Shown here: in pieces, positions 20,078 through 29,814 of the stretch
Layout of the letters: each line of letters opens with the position of its first letter
Numbering within the stretch: the first letter of the stretch is position 1
DNA from: an uncultured Chloroflexia bacterium
Lineage (GTDB): Bacteria > Chloroflexota > Limnocylindria > Limnocylindrales > CSP1-4
DNA length: 64,000 bases
Assembly: GCA_963707215.1 (NCBI GenBank)
Contig: CAVPPB010000002.1
Location: 1 to 64,000, forward strand
Direction of reading: 5' to 3'
The notes under the pieces: model-generated
Seen by the model: only the letters and a program-made list of their open reading frames with translations
What the model was told of the DNA's origin: nothing
The model's database searches: none
Position numbers and translations under genes: made by a program

Positions 20078-20366
20078 CGATCGGTCCTCTTCGGCTCTTA
20101 CCAGGCCTTGCTTCCGGCTTCCGGGCTTCACGCTCGTACCTCCTTGCGGCCCTCGTGTCCGACGGACACGGAAACCGACCTGACTCTGGGTCGGTCGGTT
20201 GCACTACTCGCTCCGCACCACCCTAAGTGCCCAATTCAGGTGGAGCGTCGGCGCATCCGAGCGTATCGGGACTGGCTGGCCAGTACCGATGTACTACCAA
20301 CGGGCCGGACTATAGGCAGCGGTCGACGGTACGGTCAATACGGCACCTTACCTATCCACACCACCC

Positions 20367-23300
20367 CTAGATCTCGCTCAGGGGAAGGGGACTCTCGCCC
20401 ATGTCCCTCAAAGCTCGTGCGTAATGCGCGTACTGCTCGGCAGCTGCGGCGTGTGCCCCGGCTGTTCGATACAAGCGAAGGACGCTCAGCGTCGACTTCA
20501 TCCGCGTCTGGGTCGGCTTCAAGCGCGGCCTGCGCCAAACGAAGTGCGCCGGGAACCTCACCCCTACCCGATCGCAGGCGAACCTCCCGCTCGACGGCTT
20601 CCAGGTAGGAGGCGTGCAGGAAGTCGCGGTAGCTCGCGGCCCACTCCTCGTACGCGAACTCGAGGCCGAAGCGGTCCGCTGGTACTCGCGCGCCAGCTTC
20701 ATCGACAAGCTCCGACACCCACCGTCGTCGCAGGTTCGCCAGCGTGCGACGGCACCGCGCGCTCCTGCTTGAAATGAGTTCGGCGTCGAGCCAGACGACA
20801 TCGGAGGCGAATGTGACGTAGCCGGGCGATGTCTCCTCGTTGAATTCAGGCTCAAAAATGCGGCGCACGAAGTACAGCGTCTGGTGAAGCGAGTTGTGGC
20901 CATCCGATGGGTCGCCGTCAGGCCAGAGGGCATCAATGACCTGATCTCGCGTTGCGGAGAACTCGGGCCTCGTCAGCAGGAAGGCAAGGAGCGCGAGTGC
21001 CTTCCTGCGGACGGCTGTCCCCTCAACGATCCTGTCTCCCACGTAGATCACCAGCCGTCCCTGATCCTCGATCCATACCCGCTCGGCGAGGCGCTTCGCA
21101 AGTCGCCGGCCAGGCGACTTGTCGACGCTATGGAGCCTCCCTCGACGCGCCGCCTTGTTGAGCAGCCTGATGTCGGCGGGTTCACCGATTCGCTCCAGCA
21201 GTTCGCCCGCGAGTGCCGCACGGGCCGGCGGCCCATCTGCGACGACTGCGCGCAGTGGTGCGAGCCACCGCCGTGGGTGCCTCAACGCTTCAGCAGCCAT
21301 GACACTGACGGCTTCCTCGCCAACGTCTTCCATGTGTTGGATGAGGAGTTCGGCGAGCATGCTGACCTCGGTGGAGTTCTGCTCGCCCAGCGCTCGAAGC
21401 GCCGAGTCGAGTTCCCCGCCGCCTTGGTTGAGGGCCTCAAGCAGGCGAGCACAGCGCTCCCACACTGTCGCTCCTTGCCGGCCTGCATGGTTGGCTGCGG
21501 CCCGAGAAGCATCGGCAGCTTCAGGGCGGCCAAGCAAGGTCAGGTTGTGGGCAATCTGCACCAGAGCTCGCGTTGTCTCGGCAGGCCGTGAGGATCTCCG
21601 GGTGCCCACAGACATGGCTTCCGAACCCGGCGGCAACGGCTGGCCAATTCGGAGGGCGAGCGCCCACGACGAAACTTCAAGCTGTTCCGTGAGGTCGGGC
21701 CCCATCGGAAGCGGAGCAGCTTCCTGCATCAGTGACCGCGCCGCGTCGGCCGAGCCTATCCAGGTCTCGATGTCCGCTTGCGCGATGAGGACTTCGGCAA
21801 TCGCGATCTGGCTGCTTGTCTGCCGTGCCGCGGAGAAGGCACGGGCGGCCTCGTACGCGCTGCCTGAAAGGGCGAGCGCCGCGGCGGCCATCGCCCTCAG
21901 CCCTGCCAACTCGTGAGTCATGCCAGAGGAAGCGAGGGATCCTTCGGCCGCCTGCGCGGTCGAGATCGCCTCATCAAACTGCCCTTGGGCAAGGAGAACG
22001 CTCACCAGGTTGTTGAGTGTGATCCCGTGGAAGTGCGTAAGGCCTCGTGCGCTATGGAGCGCGGCGATCTCCCGAAGGTAGGCCGCCGCCTCACGCAGAG
22101 ACCCTCCAAGCGAGACCTCTACCCCTAGCTTCAGCCCGGCCGCAATCGATCTGTGAACGTCATTGGTTGCGGCTTCGGCCAATCGGTCTGCCGTCGAGGA
22201 GGCTGTCTCGAGGAACCCGGCCATGAACTCGAGTGACGCCTGATTTGCCAGGGCGACCTCGATCTCCTGCGGGCCGGCGGCGGAGGCGGCCCAGCGCGCG
22301 CGCTCGAGGGCGGCGTCGACGCGGTTGCGGTAGAAGTCCAGGCGTGACAGGACGATCTCGAAGGCGGGGGTCGGCATTCCGGGTGGATGGGTCGCCAGGT
22401 ATCCGTCGGCGAGCGCGAACTCGCCCGTTCCCATGATGGTCCCGACGGAAGCGGCCAGGACGCGGTGGAGGTCGGCAGCCTCGTCGGCCTGTGCCCAGTG
22501 GTAGGCGGCCTGGCGCCAGTCAGATCCGTCGACGTGGCGCGCGATCGACCGATGGAGTGCCCGAACGCCCTCGCTCCCGACTTCCCGGACGAGTCGCTCG
22601 ACGAGGAAGTCCCGAACGAGCGGGTGGTACCGATGCCGCCACCGCGAACCGCCTCGGCGTGACAGCAGTCCAAGGCGGTCCGCCTCCTCGATCCGTCTGC
22701 GGGCTTCGGTCTCATCGACCCCGGCTGCGACCCCTGCGAGCTCCGGGGTCACGATCTGGAGGAGCGCGCTTCTCATGAGCATCCGGCGCAGGTCAGGCTG
22801 CAGCTCTCCCACGACCTCCTCGGCGAGGAAGTCGTGGAGATCGTCAGAGCGTCCGTCGAGACCCAGGATGAATGCCCGCGTGGCGGCGGCATCCCGATCG
22901 CGGACAGCCGTCCGGACGAGCTGGAGCGTGGCAGCCCAGCCCTGTGTCCGGTCCGTGAGCTCGCTCGAGAGCTCGATCGCGAGCGGGTGGTCGTATGCGT
23001 CGCGGAACAGGCGGTCGGTCTCGTCCGCGCGGAACCGCAGATCCTCGGTCGTCAGCTCCTCGAGCTCCCCGCGGGCGCGAAGTCTCGAGAGCGCCAGCGT
23101 CGGCTGGCGCCGGCTCGACAGGACGAACGTCAGCCGCTCGGGCGCCTGGGCGACCATGTCGCGTAGGACCGTGCGGATCTCCGGCACGTCGTCGACGAGC
23201 TGCAGGTCGTCCAGGATCAGGACGATCGGGCCGTCGCCGAGCTCGCGCAGCTCCCGCACGAGCGTGCGAACGAGGACGTCGTGCGAGTGGCCCCCGCTGC

Positions 23301-23643
23301 CCAGGTCGCGGAGCATCGCCGCCGTCGTTGGCGCGAACGTCGGGACCAGCCGCCGGCCCGCGGCGACCAGATAGTTCAGGAAGGCGACGGGATCCCGATC
23401 CTCCTCGTCGAGGCGGTACCAGAGCGTCGCCAGGCGGGTCCGGCTCGCGAAGTCTGCCAGCAGGGTCGTCTTCCCGTAGCCGGCCTCCGCGACCACCGTC
23501 ACGACGCGGTGGTGGATCCGGCGGTCCAGCCACCCAAGGAGCCGTTCTCGATGCAGGATCCCGTCGCGCAGGGGCGGGGCCTCCAACTTCTCGGCCTGGA
23601 CCGGGAAGCGGGCTGTCTCGGCGGTGACGCCCAGCTCGTTCAT
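20367..23643 (-). CDS. MalT-like STAND ATPase / TPR / winged-helix-BTAD transcriptional regulator (frameshift near 20490)
   Basis: KLEAPPLR, Walker A AEAGYGKTT, LILDDLQ, RTQGWAA, RYHPLVRDFL; C-terminus RKALALLAFLL, RDQVIDALWPD, LHQTLYFVRR, AEQYAHYARALRD. Confidence 0.9.
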
Positions 23644-23781
23644 CGCGCCTGGGGGACGTCCCGGGCCGACCGCGAGCGGCTGGCGGGGCCGGATCGGCGG
23701 GGACCCTGACGGCCGGGCGGAGTGGGGGGAACGCATCGTCGCCATGGCGCGGCATCGTGCGGACGGGCACTCATCGGTCGC

Positions 23782-24030
23782 TTATCGCCCGGCGGCCTCG
23801 GCCTGGTCGTCCCGATCGGCCGAGGAGCGAGCCGACTGGATCCGTCGGACCTGCGGTCCTACGTCGACGTCGATGACGACCCGGTGTGCTTCACCCGGGC
23901 CGGGAAGCGACTCCGCGATCCGCTCCAGGACGAGCACTCCGCGGATCTCGTCGTGCTGTCGGGCGACCGCGGCGACGGCCCGCCTGATCGCGTCGGCGGT
24001 CGACGTCACGCTGGAGGCTGTCACCCGCAT
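23782..24030 (-). CDS. Small dodecin-like protein
   Basis: VTASSVTSTADAIRRAVAAVARQHDEIRGVLVLE...HRVVIDVDV resembles the dodecin pattern; GAGGGG RBS. Confidence 0.45.
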   Translation of the reverse strand: MRVTASSVTSTADAIRRAVAAVARQHDEIRGVLVLERIAESLPGPGEAHRVVIDVDVGPQVRRIQSARSSADRDDQAEAAGR

Positions 24031-24063
24031 CGCGCCCCCTCGATGCCTGGCCGCTCGCTCGCC

Positions 24064-24363
24064 TCAGGGATGGGTGGGCGAGGTCTCGGCCCGAACCAGG
24101 TCGAAGCATGAGCTGCAGTACACGGGCTTGTCGCTCCGCGGGGCGAACGGGACCATCGCCTGGCCGCCGCACCGAGCGCAGACGGCCGCGTGGTACTCGC
24201 GCTGGCCTCCGTCTCCGCGGGATCGCTTGAAGGCCGCCCGGCACGACGCGCAGCGTCCCGGAACGTTCTGCAGGCCCTTGCTGGCGAAGAACTCCTGCTC
24301 GCCGGCGGTGAAGACGAACGACTCGCCGCAATCGCGACACGTCAGGTCCCGGTCCTCGTACAC
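24064..24363 (-). CDS. Zinc-ribbon / CxxC-x17-CxxC domain protein
   Basis: DRDLTCRDCGESFVFTAGEQEFFASKG...RCASCR; AVCARCGGQAMVPFAP...PVYCSSCF; GGAGG RBS. Confidence 0.9.
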   Translation of the reverse strand: MYEDRDLTCRDCGESFVFTAGEQEFFASKGLQNVPGRCASCRAAFKRSRGDGGQREYHAAVCARCGGQAMVPFAPRSDKPVYCSSCFDLVRAETSPTHP

Positions 24364-24501
24364 CCTGTCCTCCCGTCGATCCCCGGTGCGATGCCGACCG
24401 GCAGCAGGTTCGTCGATTCGGAATGCGAACCGGTCAGCTCGGATCGGCCCGAAGACTGATAGGCGGGAGGATACGGCCCAGCGTCAAGGGCGGATGCGCG
24501 C

Positions 24502-25857
24502 TCAGGACAGCGATTCCGCGTAGCGCTCCCCGATGGCCGCCGGGTAGAAGCGGGTCTGGCGCTTCTTGAACATGAGCTTGAGGCGGCCCGTCGGACCATT
24601 TCGGTGCTTGGCGAGATGGACGTTGATCTCTTCGACGTCGCCGTCCTGGTCCTCCTGGCCACGCTCCCGCTCCCGCCACAGGAAGACCACCAGGTCCGCG
24701 TCCTGCTCGATGGCGCCTGACTCGCGGAGGTCCGACAGGCGTGGCTCCTTCGACTCGCGCATCTCCGGCTGGCGGGACAGCTGGCTCAGCGCGATGACCG
24801 GCACGGAGAGCTCCCGGGCGAGTGCCTTGAGGCCGCGCGAGATCTCCGAGACCTCCTGGACACGATTGGCGTCGCGCGAGGTCGTCGTGGCCTGCATGAG
24901 CTGCAGGTAGTCCACGATGACGAGGTCGAGCCCGGCCTCGGCCTGGAGACGCCGAGCCTTGGTCCGCAGCTCCATGGTGCTGATGTTCGGCGTGTCGTCG
25001 ATGTAGACGCTCGCCTCCGAGAGCTGGGTCATCGCGTTGGCGACCCGGTTGAAGTCGAGGTCCTCGAGGAAGCCGGTGCGGAGGCGCTGCGAGTCGATGT
25101 CGCCCACCGAGCTGAGCAGTCGGAGGACCAGCTGTTCCTTGCTCATCTCGAGGCTGAAGACGCCGACCGACTTGCCGTCGCGAACGGCAGCGTGCTCGGC
25201 GATGTTGAGGGCGAAGCTCGTCTTCCCGACCGATGGCCGAGCCGCCACGATGACCAGGTCGCTGCGCTGGAACCCGGTCGTCATGGCATCGAGCTCGGCG
25301 AAGCCACTGCGGATACCGGAGATCTCGCCGCGGTGCGAATGGAGGTAGTCGAGACGGTCGAAGGCTTCGTGGAGGAGCGACTTCAGCTCGGAGAAGCCGG
25401 CACTCACCCGCCGCTCGCTGACTGCGAACAGCTCCGCCTCGGCCCGATCGATCGCCTCCTGGATCTCGGCCGGGTCCTCGTAGCCGATCGAGGCGATCCG
25501 CCCGGCCGCCCCGATCAGGTTGCGGAGGACGGCCTTGCGCTCGACGATCCGGGCGTACTGGACCGCGTGGACCGCCGTCGGCGTCTGGTTCGTGAGGGTC
25601 GACAGGTACGTCCGTCCACCGACCGATTCCAGCGCCTCGGCCCGCTCGAGGACCTCGGCGACGGTGACGATGTCGACCGGCTCGCGCTGCTCGAAGAGCT
25701 CCAGCATCGCCGCGTAGACCCGCCCGTTCGCCTCGCGATAGAAGTCGGCAGGGCGGAGGAACTCGGCGACCTCGACGATCGCGTCACGGTCGATCAGGAC
25801 CGAGCCGAGGACCGATTGCTCGGCCTCGAGGCTCTGGGGGGGCAGACGGTCGATCAC
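24502..25857 (-). CDS. dnaB: Replicative DNA helicase
   Basis: PPQSLEAEQSVLG, AARPSVGKT, FSLEMS, IVDYLQLM, LSQLSR, DLRESGAIEQDAD, KHRNGPTG. Confidence 0.98.
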   Translation of the reverse strand: MIDRLPPQSLEAEQSVLGSVLIDRDAIVEVAEFLRPADFYREANGRVYAAMLELFEQREPVDIVTVAEVLERAEALESVGGRTYLSTLTNQTPTAVHAVQYARIVERKAVLRNLIGAAGRIASIGYEDPAEIQEAIDRAEAELFAVSERRVSAGFSELKSLLHEAFDRLDYLHSHRGEISGIRSGFAELDAMTTGFQRSDLVIVAARPSVGKTSFALNIAEHAAVRDGKSVGVFSLEMSKEQLVLRLLSSVGDIDSQRLRTGFLEDLDFNRVANAMTQLSEASVYIDDTPNISTMELRTKARRLQAEAGLDLVIVDYLQLMQATTTSRDANRVQEVSEISRGLKALARELSVPVIALSQLSRQPEMRESKEPRLSDLRESGAIEQDADLVVFLWRERERGQEDQDGDVEEINVHLAKHRNGPTGRLKLMFKKRQTRFYPAAIGERYAESLS

Positions 25858-26024
25858 GGCATGCTCCGGCGGACAGGGACCCGCCTACGGTCGCCGGTCC
25901 GACTGCCGGTTACCAGAGGCTTATCGACGACTTGTCCGGCCGGGCGGCGGCGACCCGTGGAAGAAGACCGTCCGCCTGTGGAAAGACTGTGGACGAGCTA
26001 TGGCCCGCGGTCCGGCGTGGCTGC

Positions 26025-26675
26025 TCAGTCGAGGCGGCGGATGACCCCGATCAACTTGCCCTGGATCCGGACGTCGTCGTAGTACTGGCTCGGGTAACTC
26101 GGGTTGGCCGGCTGGAGGCGGACCCGGTCCTTCTCCTTGAAGAACCGCTTGAGGGTGACCGAGTTCTCCTCGACCTGGGCGACGACGATGTCGCCGTTGC
26201 GCGCGGTCGACTGAGGGCGGATGACCACGAAGTCGCCATCCATGATGGCGGCCTCGATCATCGAGTCGCCCCGGACCTTCAGGACGTAGGCGTCGCCGGA
26301 CGGCGCGAGGACGTCGGGCACGGTCATCGTCTCCGATGCGTCCTGGTAGGCCTCGATGGGTCCGCCGGCGGCGATCTCGCCGACGATGGGCACGATGTGC
26401 CGGTCGGTCATCGCCGCCTGGGGGACGAGCTCCGACGACAGGCCGAGCCGGATCGCCGCGGTCGGCGTCAGGCGAAGGGCACGCGACTTCGCCTCGCCGC
26501 GCTCGAGATAACCGTCGCGCTCGAGGGCCTGGAGGTGGTGGTGGACGGCCGAGGTCGACGACAGGCCGACCGCCTGCATGATCTCCCGTACCGACGGCGG
26601 ATAGCCGCGCGCGCGCAGCGTCGCGGCGATGAAGTCGAGGATCCGCTGCTTGCGTTCGGCGTCGTGCCTAGTCAC
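26025..26675 (-). CDS. lexA: SOS repressor LexA
   Basis: GYPPSVREI HTH, VGEIAAGGP cleavage site, VRGDSM (Ser), VTLKRF (Lys). Confidence 0.97.
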   Translation of the reverse strand: MTRHDAERKQRILDFIAATLRARGYPPSVREIMQAVGLSSTSAVHHHLQALERDGYLERGEAKSRALRLTPTAAIRLGLSSELVPQAAMTDRHIVPIVGEIAAGGPIEAYQDASETMTVPDVLAPSGDAYVLKVRGDSMIEAAIMDGDFVVIRPQSTARNGDIVVAQVEENSVTLKRFFKEKDRVRLQPANPSYPSQYYDDVRIQGKLIGVIRRLD

Positions 26676-26696
26676 CTGGCGCCTCCTATCGAACGC

Positions 26697-26724
26697 ATCA
26701 TACCGAACAGGCGTTCGATGTCAA
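26697..26724 (-). promoter_or_regulatory. lexA sigma70 promoter with a LexA box in the spacer
   Basis: TTGACA-16 nt-TATGAT on the minus strand; CGAAC-N4-GTTCG at 26704-26717. Confidence 0.9.
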
Positions 26725-26852
26725 GCGGCACTCGTCGCCCGCTGGACCGGGCCGCCCGGCCCCGGTCGGTCGTCGCGGTGCTAGACTCTCGCTCCCGGAC
26801 GCGCCTCGAGCCGCTGCGCGTCCCTGGACCTGAGGTCGTTCCTCTGCCGGTC

Positions 26853-27365
26853 ATGTTCCGTCGACGCGCCCGGAACCGGCGATCCGCCGGCGCCGCGATC
26901 CTTGGTCGAGCCCTCTCCCTGTTGGCGTTCCTGCCCGTGGCGAGCCGAGCCCCGACGTACTCACGGCTCGTCTGGGCCCTGGTCCGCGACGAGCGCGTCC
27001 CGGCCAGCCGGAAGGCGGTCCTGGCGGCCGGCGCCGGCTACCTGCTCCTGGGCCGCGACCTCATCCCCAATTCGGCCCCGTTCATCGGTGGGCTCGACGA
27101 CCTGGTCGTCGTGGTCCTGGCGGTGAACCTCTTCCTCGACGGCGTGCCGGCCGAGATCGTGGACGAGAAGCTCGATGAGCTCGGGATCGACCCCATCTCC
27201 TACCACCGGGACGTCGGCCAGATCCGACGGATCGTCCCGATCCCCATCCGCCGGGCGGTCCGAGACCTGCCCAGAGCCGCCGAGGCGATCGTCGGGATCG
27301 CCGGCGAGCTCGGAGTCGCCGACCGTGTCCGGTCATCACTCACCAAGGAGGATCCACTCGCGTGA
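26853..27365 (+). CDS. YkvA/DUF1232 family protein
   Basis: LVRDERVPASRKAVLAAGAGYLLLGRDLIPNSAPFIGGLDDLVVV. Confidence 0.85.
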   Translation: MFRRRARNRRSAGAAILGRALSLLAFLPVASRAPTYSRLVWALVRDERVPASRKAVLAAGAGYLLLGRDLIPNSAPFIGGLDDLVVVVLAVNLFLDGVPAEIVDEKLDELGIDPISYHRDVGQIRRIVPIPIRRAVRDLPRAAEAIVGIAGELGVADRVRSSLTKEDPLA

Positions 27366-27808
27366 AGGTCATCCTGACCCAGGACGTGCCCAAGCTCGGC
27401 AAGAGCGGCGAGATGAAGGTCGTCGCCGACGGGTACGCCACCAACTACCTGATCCCGAAGAGCCTGGCCGTCCCGGCCGCCGGTGGGTCCTACCGGGCCT
27501 GGCAGCACGACATCGCCAGTCGCGAGGAGAAGCGCCAGCGCGAGCGGGCTGAGGCGGAGATCGCCGCCACCCGCATCTCCAGCACGACCCTCACGATGGG
27601 GGTCAAGGTCGGCGAGGGCGGCAAGCTCTACGGCTCGATCACCAGCAAGGACATCGCCGACGCCCTGGCCCGCCGCGGCATCGAGATCGACCGCCACAAG
27701 ATCGAGCTGGACGAGCCTCTCAAGACCCTGGGGACCTACAAGGTCGCCATCAAGGTCTACTCGGGGATGACCTCCGAGGTCACCGTCGTCGTCGAGCCCA
27801 AGGGCTGA
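27362..27808 (+). CDS. rplI: 50S ribosomal protein L9
   Basis: MKVILTQDVPKLGKSG, VADGYATNYLIPK, GKLYGSITSKDIADAL. Confidence 0.98.
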   Translation: MKVILTQDVPKLGKSGEMKVVADGYATNYLIPKSLAVPAAGGSYRAWQHDIASREEKRQRERAEAEIAATRISSTTLTMGVKVGEGGKLYGSITSKDIADALARRGIEIDRHKIELDEPLKTLGTYKVAIKVYSGMTSEVTVVVEPKG

Positions 27809-27835
27809 CCGGGACCCTGCCCGCGCCTCCGCGGG

Positions 27836-29794
27836 TCAGGCGCCCCCGGAGACCGAGCGCACGTCGTAGATCCGCCACTCGCCGGTCGCAGCAGCGACCG
27901 GGAACCTGGCCGCGTAGGCGGCCTCGTCGGCCTGCTGATCGGCCCGCTCCAACGGCCCGATGACGACGAAGTGGACGCCGTGCCGGGCGATGAGCTCGTC
28001 GGCCCGGGGACCGAGCTGGAGGATCTCGACCACCTCCGCCTGACGCTCCTCGTAGGGGATGCCGCTCACCCACAGCTGGCCCCAGTAGCCCATCAGGAGC
28101 TGCCGTCCGCTCAGCATCATGACCGGGTCGTGGCTCTGCATGCCCGTCACGATGATCGCGTCGGGCTCGCTGACCTCGCGGACCAGCTCGGCAACCCTGA
28201 TCTGCTCGCTGGTGATCATCCGGTAGCGCATGTGCCCCTCGAACTGGTCGAGGTTCTCGAGCGAGGCGCTCAGGATCATGGTCACGACCGCGGCGGCAAG
28301 GACGAAGCGGACGACGGACCGTCGGCTGGAGCGCCAGCCTCGCACGATGACCGCCGCCACGACGATCGCTGCCCCCAGGAACCAGTAGACCAGGATCTTG
28401 TGGTTGTCCCAGTCCCAGGGCTGGAAGACCGCCACGTTGGCGACCACGAAGATCGGCATGAGGGCGAGCACGACGCCCCTCGACGAGGGCGGCAGGACGC
28501 GCCGGCCCAGGAGGCCGATGACGGCGACCGGTATGAAGAGACCGGCGTTCTTGATCCAGAACCACCACCACGGATCGGGGTCCGCCACCCAGCCGAGCTG
28601 GATGCGGAATGACGACAGGGCCCCGGCCCCGCCGCCGAGCTGGACCAGGAGCTGGGGCATGGCGACCGCGATCCAGACGGCGTGGAAGAGGATCCAGCCG
28701 ACCCAGGGGATGCGATGGAGAGGGTCGCGCCAGGACCGCGGGGTGAGCAGAAGGACCAGGAACGGCGTCGTCATGGCCATCGCCAGCAGCGTCGGCAGGT
28801 GGGCGAGGGGCAACAGGCCGCCGACGACCCCGGCCAACGCGAACCGGCCCAGGTCCCGGCGGCGGACCGCCGAGACGAGGGTCGTCAGCATGAGCATCGC
28901 CAGGGGCAGTCCGTACAGGTACGCCCGCTGCGACATCAGGAACGCGAGGTACGGATTGTAGAAGCGGATGTTCAGCTCGCGGACGGCCTGCTCGTCCCAG
29001 GGCTTGTCGACCAGGACGCGAGCCAGGTCCCCGTACTCCTGGAGGGTCCCGAGGGTGGCGAACCAGCCCAGCCCGGCGCCCATGATGAAGAGCAGGGTGC
29101 CGAGGGTCGCGATCGACGGGGCGATAGCCAGGCGCCGGATCAACGCCCAGATGGCCAGGGTCGCCACGATCGAGAGCAGGAACGAGTGGAGCGGAAGGGC
29201 CACGACCGGATCCATGCCCAGGACGACCATCCCGGCGGGGGTCAGGTCGCTCAGGTGGTGGTAGCTCAGCGGCAAGCCGGCGTAGAGCGTGTTCTGGGGC
29301 GGGAAGTTCTCGCCCCAGGCGAACCGGGTGACGATGCCGATGTGGGTGGGCCAGTCGCTCCAGAGGTACTCGTGGCCGGCCCAGAGGCCGTCCTCCAGCC
29401 GCTGGATCGCGCCCGACCAGAGGAAGACCCAGCGAGCCGAAAGGACGCCGATCAGGACGGTCCCCCAGGGGTCAAGCCCGAAGACCCAGGACCACCAGCG
29501 CTCACGGAGGTCGTCGACGCTCCGGGCGCTCGTCAGGCCGGGCCCGCCGGGGCCGAACCAGAGCGCCGCGGCCAGGCCGGCCGAGACCACGCCGACCCCG
29601 ACGACGATCGCCGGGCTCAGGCCGCCCGCCAGCGTCGCCAGGGGCAGCAGCGCGAGCGTCCCGACGACGAGGCCCAGGACGATGCCGTAGGCGACCCGTT
29701 CGAGTCGCGACAGGAACGGCGCGACGCGGTAGAGGGCGGCGACGCCGAACGCGGCGAGCGCGGCGAGCCAGACGAGAGACAGTAGGGCTGGCAC
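27836..29794 (-). CDS. Large multi-TM membrane protein, probable GT-C glycosyltransferase
   Basis: WSDWPTHIG, ENFPPQNTLYAG, LSYHHLSD, SQRAYLYG, QPWDWDNHK, C-terminal soluble domain FVVIGPLER. Confidence 0.7.
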   Translation of the reverse strand: MPALLSLVWLAALAAFGVAALYRVAPFLSRLERVAYGIVLGLVVGTLALLPLATLAGGLSPAIVVGVGVVSAGLAAALWFGPGGPGLTSARSVDDLRERWWSWVFGLDPWGTVLIGVLSARWVFLWSGAIQRLEDGLWAGHEYLWSDWPTHIGIVTRFAWGENFPPQNTLYAGLPLSYHHLSDLTPAGMVVLGMDPVVALPLHSFLLSIVATLAIWALIRRLAIAPSIATLGTLLFIMGAGLGWFATLGTLQEYGDLARVLVDKPWDEQAVRELNIRFYNPYLAFLMSQRAYLYGLPLAMLMLTTLVSAVRRRDLGRFALAGVVGGLLPLAHLPTLLAMAMTTPFLVLLLTPRSWRDPLHRIPWVGWILFHAVWIAVAMPQLLVQLGGGAGALSSFRIQLGWVADPDPWWWFWIKNAGLFIPVAVIGLLGRRVLPPSSRGVVLALMPIFVVANVAVFQPWDWDNHKILVYWFLGAAIVVAAVIVRGWRSSRRSVVRFVLAAAVVTMILSASLENLDQFEGHMRYRMITSEQIRVAELVREVSEPDAIIVTGMQSHDPVMMLSGRQLLMGYWGQLWVSGIPYEERQAEVVEILQLGPRADELIARHGVHFVVIGPLERADQQADEAAYAARFPVAAATGEWRIYDVRSVSGGA

Positions 29795-29814
29795 GGCCGC
29801 GCGATGATACCGCC

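Noticed and set aside
20100-20340. c-di-GMP riboswitch upstream of the HD-GYP operon
   Set aside because: No GGCAAAC/GAAA/GACGCAAAGC class I pattern or class II features recognised
24502-25857. Intein in dnaB
   Set aside because: Normal 451-aa length with contiguous motifs
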